Made by a program: the position numbers and the translations under genes. Shown here piece by piece: positions 28,324 to 39,500 of a stretch of DNA of 64,000 nt. The stretch is from an uncultured Bacteroidales bacterium (GTDB lineage: Bacteria; Bacteroidota; Bacteroidia; Bacteroidales; JAFGXI01), in NCBI GenBank assembly GCA_947311115.1, contig CAMZKE010000029.1, positions 10,385-74,384 of the forward strand, written 5' to 3'. Below the pieces are notes generated by a model. The model saw only the letters and a list, made by a program, of their open reading frames with translations, had not been told where the DNA came from and did no database searches. Position 1 is the first letter of the stretch; every line of letters begins with the position of its first letter.

Positions 28324-29863
28324 CTTTTGGAAGTTTTATTTTTCTTCCATTTATTCGTATTAATTGTCCGTTTTTATATTTTTCAAGTAAGAATATATTT
28401 CCTTCTTCATCAAATCGTTTTAGATTTTTATCTAATTTGCCTGCAACATAAAATCGTTCTTCTTTTGTACGACCATTATCGTAATAATATTTGTGTTTCC
28501 CCTCTTCAACTCCTTGAACAAATTCTCCTTCAAAGATTAATTTATTATCTCTATTGTAATACTTCCAAATTCCATTACGTTCACCCATTTCAAAATTGCC
28601 AATTTCAGTAGCATCGCCTGTTTGATATATCCATTCTCCATTTTTTTCACCTTCTAAATATTCGCCTTTAGTAACAATTTTTCCATCTATAGTATATTCA
28701 ATAAAACTACCATCTTCTTTACCATTTATAAAATTTTCTTCACGTAGTAGTTTGCCATTTTCGTAATACCATTTCCATAAACCATTGTATCTGCCTTTAA
28801 CAAAATTTCCTTCTTGCTCTAGTTTTCCTGATTTGTAATAGTATTTCCATTTACCTGTTTTTCTATTTTTATTGTATTTTCCTTCAGATTTTAACTCTCC
28901 TGTTTTATATAGAAATTTCCAATGTCCAATTTTTTTATTAAACTCGTTTACTTGTCCCATCGAAATTATAGTACCTGTTTCGTCGTAATATTTTGCTTTA
29001 ATTACTTTTCCATCTGCCGAATATTCTTTGTGTAATGCAATTGGTACACCGTTTAAATAACCTCCTGCTGTTTTTGGTTTGCCTGAAGGATAAAACTCAT
29101 TTTTTTCTTCAATTTTTGGTTTTTCGCTTATGTCTTTTTGAAGTATTTTGCCATCTTTATATAAATTTATTGATAGTATTTTGCCGTTTTTATCGAAGCT
29201 TTTAACGTAACCATTAAGTTTACCATTAACATAATTCATTTCTGTTTTTATTATGTTGTTTGGGTAAAATTCTTTCCATACCCCATGCTTTTTGCCTTTA
29301 TTATTATATCTATTTATTTTTTCTTTATATACAAGATAATCTCTACGATATTCATATACTGTAACAATTAATGTGTCATCTTTAACTTGTTTGCCTAATC
29401 CTTCGCGATTACCATTTTTGTAATTTATTACTTTATCAAGTTTACTTGTTTTGTAATTGTAATAATAAGATAATCCTTCACGTTTTCCGTTAAAATATAA
29501 TTCTTTTGAGTATAATCCTCCTATTTTACCTGAATCGGTTTTTTCGTATTTGTATGTATAAAAATATCCATTTTTTTTATCTTCGTGATAGTTTATTTTT
29601 TTTAAAGTATCGCCATCTACACTATAAAATACCCATGTACTATCTAACATAAAAAACTTACGGTTACCTTCGGCTTGTATTTTACCATTTACGTAATATG
29701 TTTTCCAGTATCCATCAGGCTTGCCATCACGCATATAACCTTCGCTTGAGATATTGCCGTTTCCATAATAAAATTTATTGTATCCGTTTGGATTGGTTTC
29801 GTTTTGTGAATAACTTGCCAATGCAATTATTATGAAAGATAATATTATTATTATTTTTTTCAA
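28313..29863 (-). CDS. MORN-repeat (YwqK-like) secreted protein
   Basis: Signal peptide followed by many 'G.W..YY.NGK...EG....GK..G.W' repeats. Confidence 0.75.
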   Translation of the reverse strand: MKKIIIILSFIIIALASYSQNETNPNGYNKFYYGNGNISSEGYMRDGKPDGYWKTYYVNGKIQAEGNRKFFMLDSTWVFYSVDGDTLKKINYHEDKKNGYFYTYKYEKTDSGKIGGLYSKELYFNGKREGLSYYYNYKTSKLDKVINYKNGNREGLGKQVKDDTLIVTVYEYRRDYLVYKEKINRYNNKGKKHGVWKEFYPNNIIKTEMNYVNGKLNGYVKSFDKNGKILSINLYKDGKILQKDISEKPKIEEKNEFYPSGKPKTAGGYLNGVPIALHKEYSADGKVIKAKYYDETGTIISMGQVNEFNKKIGHWKFLYKTGELKSEGKYNKNRKTGKWKYYYKSGKLEQEGNFVKGRYNGLWKWYYENGKLLREENFINGKEDGSFIEYTIDGKIVTKGEYLEGEKNGEWIYQTGDATEIGNFEMGERNGIWKYYNRDNKLIFEGEFVQGVEEGKHKYYYDNGRTKEERFYVAGKLDKNLKRFDEEGNIFLLEKYKNGQLIRINGRKIKLPKDEE

Positions 29864-30108
29864 TATGTAATTTTTAACAATTAATCTAATTAAAATTTAT
29901 CGTAATAAAGTATATGCTTCGCTTTTCTCAGTATGACTGTGTTGATGTTATGTTTACAACATAAAACTCAAATATTTGTCATTTTGAACGTACTGAAAAA
30001 TCTAATATAAATTATAACGGTAAAAATCCGTTAGGATTATAATGTTATAAAAGTATAAATTTAAAATATATTATTGATAAATTATAATGAGTTAAGTTAA
30101 AAAAATAT

Positions 30109-31722
<1,614 letters not shown>

Positions 31723-32012
31723 TTAACTATGTGTATTTTTTAAAAATGTTTGCAAAGATACATATTAGTTTATCGTTTATAAAGTTTTACTGTTTAAAGT
31801 TTATACCTATTTTAAAGAAATATAAGGAAATCAGATTGTTTTGTAATATTTGTTCTCAAATCTTTAAGCGAATGAATTATTAGAAGTTTCGTTATGTAAT
31901 AATTATTGTCTATTAAAGTTTTGTATTATAAAATATAATTAGCTAGTATTAGTAAAACAAACTTTTGCAAAAGTATTAAATTAGATTAATTTTGTAAAAT
32001 TAAATAAAGATT

Positions 32013-32726
32013 ATGGCAAGATTTGGAAGATGGATAGGTGGTGGTTTAGGTTTTGTTATGGGTGGGCCTATTGGTGCATTATTTGGCTTTGCAATAGGAA
32101 GTGTTATTGATAATGTATCGGTAAAAAAAATAGAAGGAGGAAGTGCAACACAAGGCGATTTTACGTTAAGTTTATTAGCGTTAATAGCAGTTGTTTTAAA
32201 AGCTGATGGTAAAGTATTAAAATCGGAACTTGCTTATGTTAAAAAGTTTTTAGTACAAAATTTTGGAGAACAAAACTCTAAAGAATTATTACAACTTTTA
32301 AAATCAGCATTAGATAAGGATATTAATTTACAAGAAATAGCCTACGATATAAAAGCTAATATGCGATATGAAGGAAGGCACCAAATAGTACATTTTCTTT
32401 TAGGTTTAGCACTTGCTGATGGCGAATTTCACAAAAATGAAAAATATATAATAGAGCAAATATGTGTATTACTTGGAATTACACCAAAGGACCAAGCTTC
32501 ATTATTTGCAATGTTTGTAAAAGATACCGAAAGTTCTTATAAAATATTAGGTATTACAAAATCGGCAACTAATGATGAAATTAAAAAAGCATATCGTAGT
32601 ATGGCTAAAAAGCATCACCCTGATAAAGTTGTAAATTTAGGCGATGATGTAAGAGAAAAAGCCAAAGAAAAATTCCAGACCATACAACAAGCTTACGAAG
32701 ATTTGAAAAAAGAACGAGGCTTTTAA
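32013..32726 (+). CDS. DjlA-like co-chaperone (Gly-rich membrane anchor + TerB-like domain + C-terminal J domain)
   Basis: 'RWIGGGLGFVMGGPIGALFGFAIG' anchor. J domain 'SYKILGITKSATNDEIKKAYRSMAKKHHPDK'. Confidence 0.8.
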   Translation: MARFGRWIGGGLGFVMGGPIGALFGFAIGSVIDNVSVKKIEGGSATQGDFTLSLLALIAVVLKADGKVLKSELAYVKKFLVQNFGEQNSKELLQLLKSALDKDINLQEIAYDIKANMRYEGRHQIVHFLLGLALADGEFHKNEKYIIEQICVLLGITPKDQASLFAMFVKDTESSYKILGITKSATNDEIKKAYRSMAKKHHPDKVVNLGDDVREKAKEKFQTIQQAYEDLKKERGF

Positions 32727-32823
32727 TTTGCTCGGGTTTGATTTACACCTCTTGGGGCATATTAAAATATTATTATATATTGGTAGATTGTTTGTTATTG
32801 GCATGAAAATACATTTAAATTAG

Positions 32824-33639
32824 ATGAGAATTGATTGGCTTTTAGAATATAATCCTGTTGTTTTAGCTTTAGTAGCAACAATGTTTACGTGGTTTGTAAC
32901 TGCTTTAGGTGCTTCAATGGTTTTTTTCTTTAAAACCATAAATAAGAAAGTTTTAAATTCGATGCTTGGTTTTGCAGCCGGAGTAATGATAGCGGCAAGC
33001 TTTTGGTCGTTATTAAAACCTGCTATTGAAATGACTGAGGAACAAGGCGGTATTTCATGGGTACCGGCCGTTGTTGGTTTTTTATCCGGAGGTTTATTTC
33101 TTTTTTTAATAGATAAAATACTGCCTCACCTACACCTTGGCTTATCTATTGATAAAGCTGAAGGTATAAAAACTTCTTTGCAGAGAAGTGTATTGTTGGT
33201 TTTAGCCATAACTTTGCATAATATTCCTGAAGGTTTAGCAGTTGGAGTAGCGTTTGGTGCTTTAGCAAGTAATCCCGATTTAGGAATATTATCAGGAGCA
33301 ATTGTTCTAGCTATAGGTATTGGGTTACAAAATTTTCCGGAAGGTGCAGCAGTCTCAATTCCATTACGCAGAGAGGGTTTGTCTAGGTTTAAATCATTTA
33401 ATTATGGGCAGTTATCGGGTGTAGTAGAGCCAATAGCCGGTGTTTTAGGTGCATATTTGGTATTAACAATCTCGCCTTTGTTACCTTACGCATTGTCTTT
33501 TGCTGCAGGAGCAATGATTTTTGTTGTGATTGAAGAGCTTATTCCTGAATCGCAAATGGGAAATGAAACTGATTTATCTACAATAGGAGCAATGCTTGGG
33601 TTTGCAACAATGATGTTTTTAGATGTTGCTCTTGGGTAA
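32824..33639 (+). CDS. zupT: ZIP-family divalent metal transporter (ZupT-like)
   Basis: 'LAITLHNIPEGLAVGVAFG' and 'GLQNFPEGAAVS' signature helices. About 8 TM segments. Confidence 0.8.
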   Translation: MRIDWLLEYNPVVLALVATMFTWFVTALGASMVFFFKTINKKVLNSMLGFAAGVMIAASFWSLLKPAIEMTEEQGGISWVPAVVGFLSGGLFLFLIDKILPHLHLGLSIDKAEGIKTSLQRSVLLVLAITLHNIPEGLAVGVAFGALASNPDLGILSGAIVLAIGIGLQNFPEGAAVSIPLRREGLSRFKSFNYGQLSGVVEPIAGVLGAYLVLTISPLLPYALSFAAGAMIFVVIEELIPESQMGNETDLSTIGAMLGFATMMFLDVALG

Positions 33640-34452
33640 TTATAAATCTTTAGAAAACTCACCTAAAATATAATTAAACATACGTGGGTTCTCCCACATT
33701 GGCGAATGTCCTGTATCAGAAATTATTTGTATTTTATTTCGCCAAAGTTTTTCTTCTATACCTGAACTTTTAAGAGTGTCTAAATTTATTATTCTATCTT
33801 TTTCTCCAAAAATAATAGCAGTAGGAATGTTTATTTTATCTATTAAATCAAAATCGTTTGTTTTGTCATATTTAAAACTTTCGCCCAAAACAAAACGAAA
33901 ATTGGGGTCGGTATTTTTAATATTATCAACAAACGATATATCAGCTAAATCATCATTTTTAACAAAAACTTGAGCCAGTTTACTCGAATCGTATTCGTTA
34001 AGTATTGGTTTGAAGAAAATATTAAAAACATCATCAACTATATATGAATCGGATAAATTGCTATAATTTTTAATTGGTGACATATTTGCTAAGATTAAGC
34101 CTTTAATTTTGTTTGATTTATCAATCATGCGTAAAGCAACATGTGATCCGAGCGAATGCCCAACCAAAATACATTTTTCTATATCTAACTCATTAATTGT
34201 ATCAGCCATGAGTTTGGCTATACTATTTATAGTATAAATTTCACGAGCTTGTAAAGAAAAATCTGAAGCTCCATGTCCAGGCATATCAATAGAAATAAAT
34301 TTATATTTTTTGCCTTCCTCACTCATCATTTGTTTGTAAAACGATGCTGCACCAATTGAGTTTGCATGAATAAAAACAAAAGTTTCACCATTGCCTTCGC
34401 TATGGTAAGTTGCTATTTTGTGGTCTTGTATTGTTAATGCTTTAAATTTCAT
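33640..34452 (-). CDS. Alpha/beta-fold hydrolase
   Basis: Nucleophile elbow 'VGHSLGS'. 'FIHANS' oxyanion region. C-terminal 'DTGHSPMWENP'. Confidence 0.7.
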   Translation of the reverse strand: MKFKALTIQDHKIATYHSEGNGETFVFIHANSIGAASFYKQMMSEEGKKYKFISIDMPGHGASDFSLQAREIYTINSIAKLMADTINELDIEKCILVGHSLGSHVALRMIDKSNKIKGLILANMSPIKNYSNLSDSYIVDDVFNIFFKPILNEYDSSKLAQVFVKNDDLADISFVDNIKNTDPNFRFVLGESFKYDKTNDFDLIDKINIPTAIIFGEKDRIINLDTLKSSGIEEKLWRNKIQIISDTGHSPMWENPRMFNYILGEFSKDL

Positions 34453-34469
34453 TTTGTTATTGTTAAAAA

Positions 34470-35273
34470 CTATTTAAAAAGTATTTCTCTGCTCAAGTTA
34501 AATGGGTTATTTCTTTTGTAAGCACTACGTATATGTCGTTGAATTACCGAATGGTTTTCCCATTTTTTATTTCCATTTTCAAGATAATCTTTTAGAATAA
34601 AATCGACCTCGTTATAATTTTTAGCATCTAATTGTTCTAAATCACTACTCGTAATACCTAATCCGTCAGTAGGAGTTGCATCAATACAAACCTGTAAAGC
34701 TTCTTTTTCTTTATCCGACTTTAACTCGTTTTCAATAAGATATTTAGATAATTCGTAAACTTCTGTTTTCCATAAGCTTTGTATCATGCCGTAATCTCCA
34801 ACATCGCCATGTAAAGTCCAATAACCTTCTAAAAGTTCGGTATAATTATCGGTTGATAAAACTAAACCATTGTGCTGTTGAGCTAAATTGTATAGGTAAA
34901 TCATTCGTATACGAGCTTTAATATTGCCATAGCGTATTTTGTTCTCACGAGTTGAAAGGTCAATTTTACCTTCTTCAATAGTATTAAGTGTGTTAAGATA
35001 TAAATCGGTTAAATTAACATCTTTGAAGCTAGAACAAAAAGACTCACCAATTAATTTGCCTCTATTAATTTCGCCATCTGTATTTGTTTCGATAGTAATG
35101 CTTCGTCCAATTAATTGCACATTATTTTTTTTACAAATAGGGGCTGCTAAAACAGTACATAATGCTGAATCAATACCTCCGCTTTCGCCTATTATTAGTG
35201 CTTTAATATCGTATTTGTTAATGTATGTATTCAACTCACGTCTTATATTTTTAATTATTTTTTTACTATCCAT
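34470..35273 (-). CDS. nadE: NH3-dependent NAD+ synthetase
   Basis: PP-loop 'GESGGIDSAL'. 'LVLSTDNYTELLEGYWTLHGD', 'TPTDGL'. Confidence 0.85.
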   Translation of the reverse strand: MDSKKIIKNIRRELNTYINKYDIKALIIGESGGIDSALCTVLAAPICKKNNVQLIGRSITIETNTDGEINRGKLIGESFCSSFKDVNLTDLYLNTLNTIEEGKIDLSTRENKIRYGNIKARIRMIYLYNLAQQHNGLVLSTDNYTELLEGYWTLHGDVGDYGMIQSLWKTEVYELSKYLIENELKSDKEKEALQVCIDATPTDGLGITSSDLEQLDAKNYNEVDFILKDYLENGNKKWENHSVIQRHIRSAYKRNNPFNLSREILFK

Positions 35274-35331
35274 TTTATTAATAATTTAATTGAGAAATTA
35301 AAGTTTATATATTATTATTTAAGAAAACAAA

Positions 35332-35574
35332 TTAAGCATTTTTTGTTCGTCTCCTGCTATAAATTATGTTAAAATCAGAAATTGTTACTGTGAATAATCC
35401 TGTAACACACACGGCATAAGTTGAAACAAAAAGTGTGTCAACAAACGATATTTCTCCATTATAATGAACAAAAGGTAGATTTAATAATAATGTTCCTATT
35501 GAAATTAAGCTAATAAAAGAAACTGTTAGATATTGCCACGGATTTAATTTTATGTTGGAACTAGATTGTTTCAA
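35332..35574 (-). pseudogene. 5' remnant of a TrkH/KtrB-type K+ transporter gene
   Basis: 'LNPWQYLTVSFISLISIGTLLLNLP...ISFVDTLFVSTYAVCVTGL' matches only the first ~70 aa of TrkH/KtrB. It then diverges ('IIYSRRRTKNA*'). No remainder of the gene follows. Confidence 0.65.
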
Positions 35575-35981
35575 ATCTTATTTTTTATGCAAAATTATAG
35601 ATTTAATATTAAAAACAAGAGTATTGCTTTAATAATATTACTTCTTTATTTGGTATATCTTCATTTATTTATATTAGACGTTTCTATATATTGTTAACTG
35701 TAAAGTTTCACTACAAAATATAACTACTATCTAGCCTATATTATTATTATTATTATTTACTTGGGTCTAAGTAAATTAACTTTATTTTTATTAAGTTACA
35801 TGAATAATTCGGATTAAATAAGGTAAAATAGTATGTATGTTCTACAACGGTAAAAGTTGTTGTAACAGATAATGAAAAAAATATCCAATGGCAAAATATT
35901 TTAGGCATAATTGTAATAAATATACAATTTTGATGTAAATAATTATCTTTTATCGAATCCTAAAAAATCATAAAAAGAAAA

Positions 35982-36018
35982 TTTGCAACTTAGTTGCAGA
36001 AAAGAAATCATATCTTTG
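35982..36018 (+). promoter_or_regulatory. Promoter with palindromic operator (copy 1)
   Basis: TTTGCAACTTAGTTGCA (palindrome TGCAAC-TTA-GTTGCA, 35984-35998), then 12 nt, then TATCTTTG (-7 box TAnnTTTG, 36011-36018). The ATG is 10 nt downstream. An identical module lies at 43202-43238. Confidence 0.55.
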
Positions 36019-36027
36019 TATTAATCT

Positions 36028-36414
36028 ATGAAAATAAGGTATAAAAATATAACATCAATATTCTTACTAATTACAGGATTAGTAATACTTGTACATTTAA
36101 TTATTCCTCACGATCATCATTACGATAATTTATCAGAAGAAACTCATAACGAGCATCAAGAAAAAAACGATAAAGGTCAAGAACCTATTCACTGTCATTT
36201 TTTTAATGATGTTGTTGTAAATAAAGCAGTTGTATCGTATGATAATATAGTAAAACAAATTTCCATATTATATGCTTATGTGTCTGAATTAAATTTTGAC
36301 TTTGACCATAACACAATTCTAAATGCTATTTTTTATAAAGATTTTTATTATCCTGATTTTCTTGCAATATTAAGCGTATCGCCCACTCGCGGTTCACCTT
36401 TATCATTTTTATAG
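36028..36414 (+). CDS. Small membrane-anchored His-rich protein preceding the RND pump
   Basis: N-terminal TM segment followed by 'HLIIPHDHHYDN...THNEHQEK...PIHCHFF'. Directly downstream of the operator/promoter. Confidence 0.45.
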   Translation: MKIRYKNITSIFLLITGLVILVHLIIPHDHHYDNLSEETHNEHQEKNDKGQEPIHCHFFNDVVVNKAVVSYDNIVKQISILYAYVSELNFDFDHNTILNAIFYKDFYYPDFLAILSVSPTRGSPLSFL

Positions 36415-36525
36415 TAAAAAACTTTTTAAAGTTTTATTGTTTCATATTGTTGATATAATTAGTTTATATTGTATCAATTCATAACTATATAAACTTTCAA
36501 TTTTATAAACTTTTAACTTAATAAA

Positions 36526-39500
36526 ATGATAAATAATATAATAAATTTTTCAATAAAAAATAAGGCGTTGGTATGGCTTATGACAATTGGTTTAATAATA
36601 GGAGGAATATATTCTATGACCAAAGTTCCGCTCGATGCAATGCCTGATATTACTAATAATCAAGTATTGGTAATAACTACAGCACCTAATCTCGGAACCG
36701 AAGATATAGAGCGTTTTGTAACCTATCAGGTTGAATTGGCTGTAGCAAATTTACCCGATGTTGTAGAAATACGTAGTGTTTCGCGTTTTGGTTTATCTGT
36801 TGTAACCATAGTGTTTGAAGAAAGTGCCGGCAAATATCTGCCAAGACAGTTGGTAAGTGAGGCATTAAGCGATATTAAAGAAAAAATTCCCGAAGGTTTT
36901 GGTGAACCTTTTATGGCACCAATAAGCACAGGCTTGGGCGAAATATATCAATATACGCTTGAAGTAGCACCGGGTTTTGAAGACAAGTATGATGATATGC
37001 AACTGCGAACTATGCAAGATTGGATAGTAAAACGCCAAATGGCAATGTTGCCAGGAGTGGTCGAAGTAAACTCGTTTGGTGGAAGGCAAAAGCAATACGA
37101 AGTTGCAATAAACCCCGATAAGCTTAAAAGTATGGGCGTTAGTATGTCTGATGTTTATAAAGCTCTTGAAAAAAACAATCAGAATATAGGAGGCGCATAT
37201 ATCGAAAAAAATCATCAAGCCAATTTTATTCGTGGCGAGGGCTTAATGCGTTCCAAAAAAGATTTAGAAAACACTTTGGTAAAAAATATTGATGGCCAAG
37301 CCATTTTTATTCGCGATGTTGCCACTGTTAAGTTCGGAAACTTTGTGCGTTATGGGGCGTTTTTAGAAAACGGGAAAGGCGAAGCCGTTGGCGGTATTGT
37401 AATGATGCTAAAAGGGGCAAACTCAAACGACGTGATAAAAGCCGTAAAAGAACGAGTGGCACTTATTCAAAAATCTTTACCCGAAGGTGTAAGTATAAAA
37501 CCATTTTTAGACCGTAGCAAACTTATAAAACATACAACATCAACAGTAGCCGAGAATTTAGCAATGGGGGCACTTATCGTAATATTTATTTTGGTGCTTT
37601 TTTTAGGAAACTTACGAGGAGGGTTAATTGTTGCATCAACAATTCCTTTGGCATTGCTTTTTGCTTTTATTATGATGCACATTTTTGGAGTTTGGGCTAA
37701 CTTAATGAGTTTAGGAGCGTTAGATTTTGGTATTTTGGTTGACGGAGCAGTAATTATTGTAGAAAGTATGATTTTTTATTTGCATCGAAAAAATATTATA
37801 GGCACTAAATTATCACAAGAAAAACGCGATAACATTGCATATAAATCAGCAAGCAAAATGATGAATTCTGCATTTTTCGGACAATTAATTATTCTAATTG
37901 TTTTTATTCCTATTTTAGCTCTCGAAGGTGTTGAAGGTAAAATGTTTATACCAATGGCTTTAACCTTTGGTTTTGCTGTTGTTGGAGTTATGCTTCTTTC
38001 ATTAACTTATATTCCAATGTTAGCAGCAACATTTTTAAAACCACCAAAAACCACCAAAAAATCTTTTGGAGATAAAATTATCAATAAACTCGAAAATTTC
38101 TACAATCCAATTATCGATTGGGCATTACGCAAATCGAGTATAGTTATATCAGTATCCTTAATTCTTTTGCTTGTGGGTGGTTTTCTGTTTTCGAGAATGG
38201 GAGCAGAATTTATTCCAAAATTAGATGAAGGCGATTTTGCATTTCAAACTTTTTTTAAGCCCGGCACGTCGCTTAGCGAGGTAACCCAAACTACAAATAA
38301 AATTCATAAATTAATTATGGATAAATTCCCCGACGAAATTGAAAGTGTGCAGGGTAGAATTGGAGTTGCCGATATTCCTATGGACCCTATGCCCCTAGAT
38401 ATTGCCGATAATTTTGTAATATTAAAACCAAAAAAAGATTGGACAAAAGTAAAATCTAAAGCCGAATTAATTGAAAAAATAGAAGAAGAATTATCTGTTT
38501 TTACAGGAATTAATTACGAATTTACTCAACCCATCGAGATGCGTTTTAACGAACTGCTTACAGGGGTTAGAGAAGATATTGCCATTAAATTATATGGCGA
38601 CGATTTAAATATTATTTCGGAAAAAGCACAAGAAATAGCAAGTTTAGTTTCCGGAATTCGTGGTGTAGCAGGCGTAAAAGCCGAAGCCACAAAAGGTTTG
38701 CCTCAGATTACCGTAAAATATAATAGAAATATGATGGCACGTTACGGATTAAATATTTCTGATGTAAATAATATAATAGAAACGGCTTTTAGTGGTGGAG
38801 TAGCAGGTAAGATATACGAAGGCGAACGAATGTTCGATTTGGTTGTGCGTTTAGACAAAGCACATAGAACAAGCATCGACGATATCAGAAATTTATTTGT
38901 GAACTTACCAAACGGGCAACAAATTCCTTTGCAAGAGGTTGCTAATATTGATTATAAACCCGGACCTATGCAAATTAGTAGAGATAATACAAATAGAAGA
39001 ACTTATGTTGGAATTAATGTTGAAGATAGAGATATCAAATCATTAGTTAACGAAATTCAAGATGTTTTAGATGCCAAACTAAAATTGCCAACCGGTTATT
39101 ATATCCGATATGGTGGAGCATTCGAGAATTTAGAACGTGCAAGCAAAAAATTAACTTTAGTTGTACCTCTGGCTCTGGCTTTAATATTTATGTTGGTGTT
39201 TTTTGCCATAAAATCGTTTAAGCAAACATTAATGATATACATTGCCATACCTTTTGCTGCTGTGGGTGGTATTTTCTCGCTTTACTTACGTGATATGCCT
39301 TTCAGCATTTCTGCCGGCGTTGGTTTTATTGTGCTTTTTGGTGTAGCTGTACTTAATGGATTGGTGCTAATATCAGGATTTAATGAGCTAAAAGCCGAAG
39401 GTAAATTTAATATTATTGATATCGTTAAAAAAGGCTCTATTCGTAGAATTAGACCCATTTTATTAACAGCATCTACCGATATTTTAGGATTTCTACCAAT

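Noticed and set aside
35738-35757. (ATT)6 microsatellite in the AT-rich spacer at the island edge
   Set aside because: It is short and expected by chance in DNA this AT-rich. No associated feature was seen.
35575-36027. Search for integrase genes or a direct repeat of the ssrA 3' end (att site) marking the distal island boundary
   Set aside because: No sequence resembling TGGAGCTGGAGGGGCTCGAACC was seen here or elsewhere in 35.3-36.0 kb. No recombinase ORF exists in the island. The mobility claim is therefore kept as a weak inference only.
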